NCBI GenBank assembly: GCA_043819795.1
Contig: JBDREN010000083.1
Span: forward strand, 1 to 64,000
DNA: 64,000 bases
Source of the DNA: Elusimicrobiota bacterium
Lineage (GTDB): Bacteria > Elusimicrobiota > Elusimicrobia > UBA1565
Reading direction: 5' to 3'
This document shows positions 46,924 through 56,016 of the stretch, one piece after another. Position numbers and translations under genes: made by a program. Within the stretch, counting starts at the first letter, position 1, and every line of letters starts with the position of its first letter. The notes under the pieces are model-generated. The model saw only the letters and a program-made list of their open reading frames with translations. It had not been told where the DNA came from and ran no database searches.

Positions 46924-48372
46924 ATGACGAAACTGCAGATGAAATGGGCGGGAGTCGGCGTGCTGATCGCGCTGGCCCTGCTGTTGCTCTATCCCACGGT
47001 CGACTGGTACACCAAGGAGGCCGGCCAGCGCCAGCGCCTGGAGGCCAGCCGCATGCGCCCGAAACGGCTGCTCAACCTCGGCCTCGACCTCAAGGGCGGG
47101 ACCCACCTGCTCATGCAGCTCGACATCGAGCGCCTGCCGCCCGACGCCGATGTCTTGGACGCGCTGAGCCGGGCCATCGAGATCATCCGCAACCGGGTGG
47201 ACCAGCTCGGCGTCGCCGAGCCCCTGATCGCCCGTCAGGGCGAGCGCTGGATCGTCGTCCAACTGCCCGGGATCCGGAACTCGCGCCTGGCCAAGGAGGT
47301 GATCGGCCAGACGGCGATGCTCGAGTTCCGCATGGTGGATTCCTCCGAAGCGGCTCAGGAGGCGTCCCAGAAGATGTACGAGCTCGGCGAACCGTTCCTC
47401 AAAGACGACAACGGGCAGTACGTCAAGATGGACGACGGCAAGTTCGCTATCTCGACCGCCGCCGCCGCCCTGCTTCCCAAGGGCGACTGGATCTTCCCGG
47501 CTCGTGAGGGTGGGTACTACATCGTCCGCGACACCGTGCCGGTGACCGGGGCCCAGCTGGACTCGGCCCGCGTCGAGACCGGCAACAACGGGCTTCCGAT
47601 CGTGGCGTTCAAGTTCAAACCCGAAGGCGGAAAGATCTTCGGCGATCTCACGTCGGCCAACGTCGGCAAGAACCTGGCCGTCGTGCTGGACGGGCTGGTC
47701 CAGTCCGCCCCGGTCATCCGCAGCGCCATCCGCGGCGGCAGCGGGATCATCGAGGGGAACTTCCAGATGGAGGAGGCGCGCAAGCTGGCCATCGTCCTGC
47801 GGGCCGGCGCGCTGCCGGCGCCGCTGCGGATCATCGAGGAGAGGACCGTGGGCGCGACGCTCGGCGAGGACTCGATCCGCAAGGGCCTGCGGGCCTGTCT
47901 CGTCGGCGGGCTGCTCGTGCTCCTTTTTATTGCCGTCTACTACAAGATGGCCGGCGTATTCGCCGACGCCGCGATGATCCTCAACCTCTTGTTCGTCCTG
48001 GCGATGATGTCCTATTTCGGGGCGACTTTGACGCTGCCCGGCATCGCCGGCATCGTGCTGGTCGTGGGCATGGCCATCGACGCGAACGTACTCATCTTCG
48101 AGCGCATCCGCGAAGAACTGCAACTGGGCAAACCCACGCGCATCGCCGTGGACACCGGCTACGACAAGGCCTTCTCGGCGATCCTGGACGCGAACGTGAC
48201 GACGCTGGTGGCGGCGCTCTTCCTGTTCCAGTTCGGGACCGGGCCGATCAAGGGATTCGCCCTGACCCTGACGCTCGGCATCCTCTGCAGCATGTTCACG
48301 GCGATCGTCGTGACCCGGCTCATGTTCCAGGCGTACCTCTCGGCCGGCCCGGTGGATCGGCTGAGCATCTGA
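46924..48372 (+). CDS. secD: Protein translocase subunit SecD
   Basis: LGLDLKGG, RNRVDQLGVAEP, GALPAPL, TLPGIAG, DANVLIFERIREE, KGFA. Confidence 0.97.
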   Translation: MTKLQMKWAGVGVLIALALLLLYPTVDWYTKEAGQRQRLEASRMRPKRLLNLGLDLKGGTHLLMQLDIERLPPDADVLDALSRAIEIIRNRVDQLGVAEPLIARQGERWIVVQLPGIRNSRLAKEVIGQTAMLEFRMVDSSEAAQEASQKMYELGEPFLKDDNGQYVKMDDGKFAISTAAAALLPKGDWIFPAREGGYYIVRDTVPVTGAQLDSARVETGNNGLPIVAFKFKPEGGKIFGDLTSANVGKNLAVVLDGLVQSAPVIRSAIRGGSGIIEGNFQMEEARKLAIVLRAGALPAPLRIIEERTVGATLGEDSIRKGLRACLVGGLLVLLFIAVYYKMAGVFADAAMILNLLFVLAMMSYFGATLTLPGIAGIVLVVGMAIDANVLIFERIREELQLGKPTRIAVDTGYDKAFSAILDANVTTLVAALFLFQFGTGPIKGFALTLTLGILCSMFTAIVVTRLMFQAYLSAGPVDRLSI

Positions 48373-48405
48373 ATCTCATGAACGACAACACTTAACGAGA
48401 CCCGC

Positions 48406-49386
48406 ATGAAAATATTCAAAAAGACCCCGACGATCGAATTCGTCGACAAACGCGCCCTCTACTTCGCCTTCTCCGGCGTCCTCCTGGCCGCGAGCCTCGC
48501 CCTGATCGTCACGCGGGGACTCAACTTCGGGATCGACTTCACCGGCGGCAGCCTCGTCCAGATCACCTTCGAGCAGCCTGTCGAGCTGGCCGAGCTGCGG
48601 GAGATGACGACGCGGGCCGGCTATCCCGACGCCATCCCACAGCACTTCAGCGGCACGGACTCATTCGCGATCCGCGTCAAGTCCCAGGGCGGCGCCGATG
48701 AGTCGGCGGACACCGCCGAGAAGTTCCTCGGCGCCCTCGAGAAGGCCGATCCCGGGCGGCCCTTCACCGTGGACCAGAAGGAGTTCGTCGGCCCCACCGT
48801 GGGGCGCCATCTCTACAAGCAGGCGCTCTTCGCGGTCGTCTTCTCGCTTTTGGGCATCGTCGGCTACGTGGCGTTCCGCTTCTCCAACCCCCTTTGGGGC
48901 TTCGCGGGCGTGTTCGCGCTGGCGCATGACGTCCTCGCCACCCTCGGCCTCTTCGCGGCCCTGCAGTTGGAGGTGGACCTCGTCCTCGTGGCCGCCGTCC
49001 TGACGATCGCCGGCTACTCTATCAACGACTCGATCGTCGTATTCGACCGCCTGCGCGAGAAGATGCGCGTCATGCGCCGCGAGAGCTTCGACACGGTCGC
49101 CAACACCAGCATCAACGAGACCCTGTCCCGGACGCTGATCACGTCCATGACGACGCTGTTCACGGTCGTCGTGCTGCAGCTCCTCGGCGGGACCGTCATC
49201 CACGATTTCGCCGTGACGCTCACGTTCGGCATCGTCGTGGGGACATACTCCAGCATCGCGATCGCCGTCCCGGTCGTCTGCCAGTGGGAGGCCTCGCGAA
49301 CCCGGAGAGTCGAGAAGGGCCGGACCGCGGCCGCTCCGGAGGCGACTCCCGAGAGCGCCCGCGGCGCCCGCCGCCGCAGGAGGTAG
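48406..49386 (+). CDS. secF: Protein translocase subunit SecF
   Basis: GIDFTGG, VGPTVG, HD, GYSINDSIVVFDRLRE, SINETLSRT, GTYSS. Confidence 0.97.
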   Translation: MKIFKKTPTIEFVDKRALYFAFSGVLLAASLALIVTRGLNFGIDFTGGSLVQITFEQPVELAELREMTTRAGYPDAIPQHFSGTDSFAIRVKSQGGADESADTAEKFLGALEKADPGRPFTVDQKEFVGPTVGRHLYKQALFAVVFSLLGIVGYVAFRFSNPLWGFAGVFALAHDVLATLGLFAALQLEVDLVLVAAVLTIAGYSINDSIVVFDRLREKMRVMRRESFDTVANTSINETLSRTLITSMTTLFTVVVLQLLGGTVIHDFAVTLTFGIVVGTYSSIAIAVPVVCQWEASRTRRVEKGRTAAAPEATPESARGARRRRR

Positions 49387-49389
49387 CCG

Positions 49390-49989
49390 ATGAGGAAGAT
49401 CCGCGAATTCAACCTCCGTCTCCCGTTCAAGGAGATCCGGCGCCGCGCCCGGCAGGCGGCCGACCTGAACGCCATGGGCCTCGATGACCCGAAGCTGCAG
49501 CTGCTCATCGAGGTCGTCCAGCGCCGCCTGCGGCCGGCCGTGATCTTCGCCTCCTTCGGCCCCGAATCCCGCGAGACGGCCGCCCTCGCCCCGATACCCG
49601 GTCTCGCCCACACGCTGGGGCTGGCGACCCTCGGCCCCGACATCGCGCCCCTGATCGCCGAAACACGGACCGAGAACGAGCAGCGCGGCGGCCTCCTCGA
49701 GCTGGTCGCCGCGGTCGCCCTGGAGCGCGCCGTCCAGTTCGTCACCGGGCTGCTCCGAGACGAGGTGGAGTCCGAGCGGTGCGAGCTCAGCCCGATCCAG
49801 CATCTCGACGAGGCGGAGGCCGTCTCGGCCGTGCTCGAACGCCTCGGGGGCGGGAAGATCGGCCTCAAGCTCGAGGCCGGACGCCTCTCCCCCGAGCATT
49901 CGACGGCATTCTGCCTCAGCTGGATCGCCAGGAAGGGCCGCCGGAGAAAGTCCAAGACCAGGGCTTCGTCGGGAAGCCGCGACAGATAG
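49390..49989 (+). CDS. Hypothetical protein, weak resemblance to the methionine synthase activation domain
   Basis: In operon. LATLGP and IGLKL....LSPEHST resemble MetH-activation-like proteins. Confidence 0.5.
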   Translation: MRKIREFNLRLPFKEIRRRARQAADLNAMGLDDPKLQLLIEVVQRRLRPAVIFASFGPESRETAALAPIPGLAHTLGLATLGPDIAPLIAETRTENEQRGGLLELVAAVALERAVQFVTGLLRDEVESERCELSPIQHLDEAEAVSAVLERLGGGKIGLKLEAGRLSPEHSTAFCLSWIARKGRRRKSKTRASSGSRDR

Positions 49990-49991
49990 CG

Positions 49992-50627
49992 TTGGACGTC
50001 CTGCGCGCCGCGGCCCCCTATCTCGCCTACGGCTTCGCCACGATAGTCGGGGGGACCTCCAGGATCCGCTGGGAAGGCGCCGAACACCTGCGCGCCGTCA
50101 AGAAGGGGGGCAAGGGCTTCATTTACGCCTTCTGGCACCAGCGGCAGATACTGTTCACCTACACCCACCGGAGCCAAGGCGCCCACGTGATGGTCAGCCG
50201 CAGCCGCGACGGAGAGATCATCGCCCGGACCATGCGCCTTTCGGGGATCGGAGCCGTCCGCGGCTCTTCGTCCCGGGGAGCGTCCGCGGCCACGCGGGAG
50301 ATGCTGGATCTGCTCGCCCGCGGCCGGCCCATCGGGATCACTCCCGACGGGCCCCGCGGGCCCGCGCGCACCGTCAAGACGGGCGTGTTGTACCTCGCGC
50401 TCAAATCCGGCTGCCCCATCCTCCCGATCACCAATGCCGTGAGCCGCCGCATCGTATTCCGCAAGGCATGGGACGATTGCCATCTGCCTCTCCCGTTAAG
50501 CACGGCATGCGTGGCGCACGGCGCCCCCATGAGGGTCCGAGCCGGCGACGATATCCAAAGGAAGGCAGCCGAGCTCAAGGAAACCCTCGACCGGATCACC
50601 GCGGAAGCGGACCGGCTCGTCTCGTGA
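49992..50627 (+). CDS. DUF374 / lysophospholipid acyltransferase family protein (TTG start assumed)
   Basis: IYAFWH, VSRSRDGE, VRGSSSRG, ITPDGPRGP, WD...PLP. Confidence 0.88.
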   Translation: MDVLRAAAPYLAYGFATIVGGTSRIRWEGAEHLRAVKKGGKGFIYAFWHQRQILFTYTHRSQGAHVMVSRSRDGEIIARTMRLSGIGAVRGSSSRGASAATREMLDLLARGRPIGITPDGPRGPARTVKTGVLYLALKSGCPILPITNAVSRRIVFRKAWDDCHLPLPLSTACVAHGAPMRVRAGDDIQRKAAELKETLDRITAEADRLVS

Positions 50628-50634
50628 ACGGACC

Positions 50635-51939
50635 ATGAGCCTGCTGCTCTACCAGATCGTATTCCCGCTGATCGGGCTCATGATCCTCGCGAGGATGCTG
50701 CTGGCGGGCAGAGGCGGCGCCATCAGGGAAGGGGCTCCGGACATCCGCCAGCGCCTCGGCCTGCTCTCGCCCGAGGAGCGGGCCCGCCTGGGCGACGGCC
50801 CCGTCGCGTGGTTCCACGCCGCCTCCGTCGGAGAGGTCCGGGCCGCGGCCCCCCTCCTGCGGATGCTCGCCGCGGCCGCGGACCGTCCCCGCATACTCGT
50901 GACGACGTCGACCGTCTCCGGGCGCGAGCACGCCCGGAAGCTCCCGGAGGTGGACCTCGCGGTCCTGGCGCCGATGGACTTTTTCCCCGCGGTGTCCGCC
51001 TTCCTGCGCCGCGCGCGGCCGCGCTCGCTCGTCCTCATCGAGACGGAGCTCTGGCCGATGACGCTGTGGGCCGCGCGCCGTCGCGGCATCCGCCTCGGCA
51101 TCGCCAACGGACGCATCACGGAGCGGGCGTTCTCCCGCTACCGATGGATACGGGGCATCATGGCCCGCCTGCTCTCCGGTTTCGAGCGCGCCGCCGTGCA
51201 GACCGGCGCGGACGCCGAGCGCTACAAGGCCCTGGGATTGCCGCCGGCGGCGACGAAGCGGACCGGAAACTTGAAATACGACCAGCAGCTTCCCTCCGAA
51301 GAGGCCGTCGCCAAAGCCCGAGAGCGGCTCGCGGGCCTCGGCTGGGCCGAGGACCCGTGCTGGGTCGCCGGCAGCACGCGCCGCGGCGAGGAGGCCATCG
51401 TGCTCGAGGCGCACAAGAAGGCCGTTCGCGAGATCCCCCGCCTGCGCCTCATCCTCGCCCCGCGGCATCCCGAACGCAGCCAGGAGGTCGAGAGCCTGCT
51501 GCGCGCCGGAGGCCTGCGCTGCGTGCGTTGGTCGCAGCTGCTCCCCTTCCAGGCGGACCCGGAATGCATCCTCATCGACGCCCTGGGCGTCCTCGGATCC
51601 CTGTATCCGGTGGGGCGGGCGGCCTTCGTCGGCGGCACGCTGGTCCCGGTGGGCGGCCACAACCTGCTCGAGCCGGCCCTCGCGGGCGTCCCGGTCCTCT
51701 TCGGGCCCCACACCGCGTCCGTCCGAAAGGTCGCCCAGGAACTGGAGCGGTCCGGCGGCGGCCGGGTGGCCCAAGACGCCGCGGGGCTCGCGACGGCCCT
51801 CACGGACCTGCTCTTGAACGAGTCGGACCGCCGCGTCGCGGGAACGCGGGCCCGGCGGGCGGCCATGCGCTTCAGCGGGGCCACGGAGCGGACTTTCGAG
51901 CACCTCCGTCCCCTCCTCCTGCCGGAGAAAATGGTATAA
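50635..51939 (+). CDS. waaA: Kdo transferase
   Basis: WFHAASVGE, ETELWP, GNLKYD, AGST..GEE, LAPRHPER, GGHNLLEPA. Confidence 0.95.
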   Translation: MSLLLYQIVFPLIGLMILARMLLAGRGGAIREGAPDIRQRLGLLSPEERARLGDGPVAWFHAASVGEVRAAAPLLRMLAAAADRPRILVTTSTVSGREHARKLPEVDLAVLAPMDFFPAVSAFLRRARPRSLVLIETELWPMTLWAARRRGIRLGIANGRITERAFSRYRWIRGIMARLLSGFERAAVQTGADAERYKALGLPPAATKRTGNLKYDQQLPSEEAVAKARERLAGLGWAEDPCWVAGSTRRGEEAIVLEAHKKAVREIPRLRLILAPRHPERSQEVESLLRAGGLRCVRWSQLLPFQADPECILIDALGVLGSLYPVGRAAFVGGTLVPVGGHNLLEPALAGVPVLFGPHTASVRKVAQELERSGGGRVAQDAAGLATALTDLLLNESDRRVAGTRARRAAMRFSGATERTFEHLRPLLLPEKMV

Positions 51940-51940
51940 T
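51932..51940 (+). promoter_or_regulatory. Extended -10 promoter overlapping the waaA stop
   Basis: Consensus TGgTATAAT. Confidence 0.55.
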
Positions 51941-52006
51941 TCATCAGGTTTCTCCGTACGCGCGCCCGTACGCGAGCGTAGCGGCGGGGAATCTCGGCAG
52001 AAATCG

Positions 52007-53653
52007 ATGGCACGCCGCATCCTGGTCCTGCGTCTTTCCTCGCTGGGAGACGTGGTCCTTACCGCTCCGGTATACAAGAACCTCAAGGCGCACTGGCCGG
52101 AGGCACGCGTCTGCGTCCTCGTCAAGCCGCAGTTCGCTCCCGTCCTCGAGAACAACCCCTGCATCGACGAGGTTCTTCCGTATCGCGGCCTGCTGAAGAC
52201 CCTGCGCGAGATCCGCCGCCGGGGATTCACCCATCTGCTCGACCTGCACGCCACGTGGCGCACTTTCTGGATCCGCCATCTGAGCGGCATCGCGAACGTC
52301 TCGGTCTACCGCAAGAACGCGCTGGCCCGACGGCTCTACGTCCTTTTCCGCCGCTCCTCTCCCGTCCTCTTCAAGCACTCGCTCGACCGCTACCTCGAGA
52401 GCCTCGCGGCGTGGGGCGTCCCCGTCCGCCACCGCGACCTGGCCCTCGGCGATTACGGGAGCGTCCATGCGGGCAACGGAGCGCGCCCGAAGCCCGACGC
52501 ACAGCCCGAGACGCCCGGGGAAACGACTGAACGGCAAGAAAGAACACCCCCAGAAACAGAAACACGGACCCCCCGATCCCTCGCGCCCCCCCGCGGGGGG
52601 GGCGCGTATCGTGTCCTCATCGTGCAGACTTCGTTCCTCGGCGACGCCCTGTTGACGCTGCCCTTGGCGCGCCGCGTGGCCGAGATCATCGGCGGGTGCC
52701 GCATCAGCGTCCTGACCCGGCCCGAGACGGTCTCCGTCTTCCAGCGATCCCCCTGGATCGACGAGGTCATCGAAGACGACAAGCGCGGCGCCAGCGCGAG
52801 CGCGGCCGGACTGCTGAGGCTTGCGAGAGACCTGCGCGGGCGCGGGTTCGATCTGGCCCTCGTCGCCCACCGGAGCTTCCGCAGCGCGCTCCTGGCGTGG
52901 CTCGCCGGCATCCCCCACCGCATCGGCTTCACCTCCAGCGCGGGCTCGTTCCTTTTTCACCAGAAGGTGTTCTTCCCCTGGGGCATGCCGGATCTGGAGC
53001 GCAACCTCGCGCTGCTCCTTCCGCTCAAACCGGACCTGCGCGCCGACCGAGAGGATTCCCTCTACCTCGCCTCCGCGAAAAACTCTCGGGCCATCGCCGC
53101 CCGTCTGGCCGAGAGCGGCATCGGCCCCGGAGACCGGCTCGTCGGCATCCACCCCGGCTCGGTATGGCCGACGAAACGGTGGCTGCCCGAGCGCTACGCT
53201 CTCCTCGTCAATCGTCTGGTCAGGGAGGCCGGCGTCCGCGTCGTCATCGTGGGGGGCCCCGGAGACCGTGAGCTCGCCGGGCGCATCGCCCGAGCGGCGG
53301 ACGTCGCGGCCCTCGACTGGACCGGAAAGACGACGCTGCCCGAGCTGCTCGAGCTGGCCGGACGCCTGAGCCTGCTCGTGACCAACGACTCCGGTCCGAT
53401 GCATATCACGGCCGCCCACGGCGTTGCGACCCTCGCGATCTTCGGACCGACGACCCGCGAGCTCGGGTTCTTCCCGTACGGGGAAGGGCACCGCGTCCTG
53501 GAGGCCGACCTCGCGTGCCGCCCCTGCGGCCTGCACGGCAGCCGCGCCTGCCCCGAGGGGCATTTCCTCTGCATGGGCCTGATCAGCGTGGACGAAGCCT
53601 ATCGCAACGCCGTCGAGCTCCTCGAAGGCGTCGCGGCGAAAGAACCGGCATGA
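52007..53653 (+). CDS. waaF: WaaF-like heptosyltransferase with an extra N-terminal partial GT9 domain
   Basis: Two GT9 N-terminal motifs (RLSSLGDVV and QTSFLGDAL). One C-terminal domain (TKRW, TNDSGPMH, FGPT, CRPC). Confidence 0.8.
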   Translation: MARRILVLRLSSLGDVVLTAPVYKNLKAHWPEARVCVLVKPQFAPVLENNPCIDEVLPYRGLLKTLREIRRRGFTHLLDLHATWRTFWIRHLSGIANVSVYRKNALARRLYVLFRRSSPVLFKHSLDRYLESLAAWGVPVRHRDLALGDYGSVHAGNGARPKPDAQPETPGETTERQERTPPETETRTPRSLAPPRGGGAYRVLIVQTSFLGDALLTLPLARRVAEIIGGCRISVLTRPETVSVFQRSPWIDEVIEDDKRGASASAAGLLRLARDLRGRGFDLALVAHRSFRSALLAWLAGIPHRIGFTSSAGSFLFHQKVFFPWGMPDLERNLALLLPLKPDLRADREDSLYLASAKNSRAIAARLAESGIGPGDRLVGIHPGSVWPTKRWLPERYALLVNRLVREAGVRVVIVGGPGDRELAGRIARAADVAALDWTGKTTLPELLELAGRLSLLVTNDSGPMHITAAHGVATLAIFGPTTRELGFFPYGEGHRVLEADLACRPCGLHGSRACPEGHFLCMGLISVDEAYRNAVELLEGVAAKEPA

Positions 53654-54792
53654 GGATCCTGCACATCATCGACGAACCCTACGATAGCGGGATCGTGCAG
53701 TACGCGCTCAAGGCCGCCGAGGGCCTGATGCGGCGGGGCCACGCCTGCCGCGTCTGGGGCCTGAAGGGATGCTATCCGCTTCTGGAAGCGCGGCGTCGCG
53801 GCATAGGGGCCGACGGCTACTCGCACCCCTGGCTGAACCTGGCGGTCCTGCGCCGGTCGCTCCGCATCCAGGGGCTGGACCTCGTCGTCGCGCATACGGG
53901 CTCCGCCCACACGCTGGCCGTCGCGGCGGCCGCCTGGCACCGGGGCCCCGGGACGCGCCGGAGCTCCGCCGCCTCGTCCTCGGCGAGCGGACCGGTCCCG
54001 GCGGACGGAGGCGGAGGCTACCTCCCCGTCGTACGCACGCGCGGTGACGCCCGGCCGCAGAGCAGGCGTCCCGGTGGGCGCCTGCTCTGGAGCCGGACAT
54101 CCGGGTTCGTGGCGGCCAACCGCCGCATCCTCGATGAGCACTCCCGGCTCTACGGACGCCCGGACCTGCACGCGGCCGTCGTGTACGAGGGGCGCGAGGA
54201 TCCCGGCCCGCCACGCCCGCCGGCGCGGGGCGCGCCGACCGTCGGCATCGTGGCCCGGCTCGACCCCGTCAAGGGCCACCGCTGCTTTCTCGAGGCGGCA
54301 GCCCGCGTCCTCAGGGAGTGCCCCGACGCGCGGTTCCTCGTCGTCGGGCGCCAGGAGAACGTGCGCGCGGCGGACCTGCTCGGCCACGCCCGGCGCCTCG
54401 GGCTCGCGGACCGCCTGGACCTGACCGGACACGTCCCCGACGCGCTCGAATTCATGCGGCGCTGCCACGTGGGGGTCGTGGCCTCGACCGGCTCCGAAGC
54501 CGTCTCTCGCTCCGCCGTCGAGTGGATGGCGGTGGGGAGGCCGCTGGTCGCGACGAAGGTCGGCTGCCTTCCCGAATACGTGATCGAAGGCGAGACCGGC
54601 TTTCTCGTGCCGCCGGGGGACGCGCCGGCGCTGGCGCGCGCGACCGGCCGTCTGGTGCGCGACGCGTTCCTGCGCGAGCGCATGGGACAGGCCGGGCGCC
54701 GGCGCTACGAGTCCCGCTTCACGCTGGAGCGATTCCTGGATGAGACGGAGCGCCTCTATGGCGAAACGATTCACGCTGTTCCATCTCGATAG
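53650..54792 (+). CDS. Glycosyltransferase family 4
   Basis: VARLDPVKG, EAVSRSAVE.MA.G.P.VAT.VG, ETGFLVPPGD. Confidence 0.9.
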   Translation: MRILHIIDEPYDSGIVQYALKAAEGLMRRGHACRVWGLKGCYPLLEARRRGIGADGYSHPWLNLAVLRRSLRIQGLDLVVAHTGSAHTLAVAAAAWHRGPGTRRSSAASSSASGPVPADGGGGYLPVVRTRGDARPQSRRPGGRLLWSRTSGFVAANRRILDEHSRLYGRPDLHAAVVYEGREDPGPPRPPARGAPTVGIVARLDPVKGHRCFLEAAARVLRECPDARFLVVGRQENVRAADLLGHARRLGLADRLDLTGHVPDALEFMRRCHVGVVASTGSEAVSRSAVEWMAVGRPLVATKVGCLPEYVIEGETGFLVPPGDAPALARATGRLVRDAFLRERMGQAGRRRYESRFTLERFLDETERLYGETIHAVPSR

Positions 54793-55906
54793 CGAACGCG
54801 GCTTCCGCGGCGGCGAGCGCCAGCTCCTGTATCTGGCCGCTCATCTGCGCGCCCGGGGTCACGAGAACGTCGTGGTCTGCCGGGGACGCGAGGCCCTCGA
54901 GGCCGAGGCCCGCCGCCAGCGCTTCCGAACGATGCGCCTACCCTTCCTCGGCGAATGGGACCCGGTCTCCGCGTGGCGGCTCCGGAGGGCGTCCCGGTCG
55001 GCGCGGCACGCCCCCGTGCTCCACGCCCACACCGCTCACGCCGCCGCCCTCGCCTACCTGGCGTCGCGCTTCGGAGGTCCCCCGTGGGTGGCGCACCGCC
55101 GCGTCGACTTCCACCTCAACGGCTCGCTCAGCCGCCGTCTCAAATACGACACCGCGCCCCGCGTGATCGCCGTCTCCGAGAGCATCCGCCGCATCCTGGT
55201 CGCCGACGGAATGGAGGGCTCGCGCATCACGGTCGTCCCGGACTGCATTCCTCTCACTGACGATGAGGCGCGCCTCGCGGGTCTCGACGCCGGTCCGATG
55301 CGCCGGGCCACCCGCTCGGAAACCGCCGCCATACGCCGTCCCCTCGCCGAGAACCTGGGCCTTCCCGAGACCGGGCCCTGGATCGGCAACCTGGCGGCCC
55401 ACGTTCCGCACAAGGACCAGGCGACCCTGATACGAAGCCTGCCTTCTGTGCTGAAGGCGCTGCCGAAAGCGCGCCTGCTGCTCGTGGGCGACGGCCCTCT
55501 CCGGACGGAGCTCGAGGCGCTGGCTCGGTCGCTGGGCGTCGAATCGGCCGTCCGCTTCGCCGGCCACCAGAGCGATCCGGCGCCGTGGCTGAGCTGCCTC
55601 GACGTCTACGTCCAGTCGTCCTGGGGAGAGGGGATGGGATCGGTGCTTCTCGAGGCGATGGCCTGCGGCGTCCCGATCGTCGCGACGACGGCGGGAGGGA
55701 TACCCGAGGTGATCGAGCACGGGCGCAGCGGGCTCCTCGTGCCCCCGCGCGATCCGGAGCGAATGGCGGGTGCGATCGTCGACTCCTTGCTCGATCCCGA
55801 AAGCGCCCGGCGCAGGGCGGACGCGGCGGCCGAGGATCTGAAGTCTTTCGGCCTCAGCCGCGTCGGTGACCGCATGATCGCGCTCTATCGCGAGGTGACG
55901 GAGTGA
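54758..55906 (+). CDS. Glycosyltransferase family 4
   Basis: RGGERQ, HRRVDF, HKDQ, EGMGSVLLEAMACG, GGIPE. Confidence 0.92.
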   Translation: MAKRFTLFHLDSERGFRGGERQLLYLAAHLRARGHENVVVCRGREALEAEARRQRFRTMRLPFLGEWDPVSAWRLRRASRSARHAPVLHAHTAHAAALAYLASRFGGPPWVAHRRVDFHLNGSLSRRLKYDTAPRVIAVSESIRRILVADGMEGSRITVVPDCIPLTDDEARLAGLDAGPMRRATRSETAAIRRPLAENLGLPETGPWIGNLAAHVPHKDQATLIRSLPSVLKALPKARLLLVGDGPLRTELEALARSLGVESAVRFAGHQSDPAPWLSCLDVYVQSSWGEGMGSVLLEAMACGVPIVATTAGGIPEVIEHGRSGLLVPPRDPERMAGAIVDSLLDPESARRRADAAAEDLKSFGLSRVGDRMIALYREVTE

Positions 55907-56016
55907 CCGAGCATAGCGCGGTTTCGGCTGCGTGCCTCAGCCATTCCCTCGCGTTTGGCCGCAAACGCTTCGGTCACAGGAATGGTCGCGTCGATCGCCG
56001 CGGGAGGCGACCATGA
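55903..56016 (+). repeat. Third copy of the mini-ORF/SD cassette, with a net +57-bp in-frame insertion
   Basis: GTGACCGAGCATAGCGC...AGGAATGGTCGCGTCGATCGCCGCGGGAGGCGACCATGA. Encodes a 37-aa ORF MTEHSA...NGRVDRRGRRP*. Confidence 0.85.
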
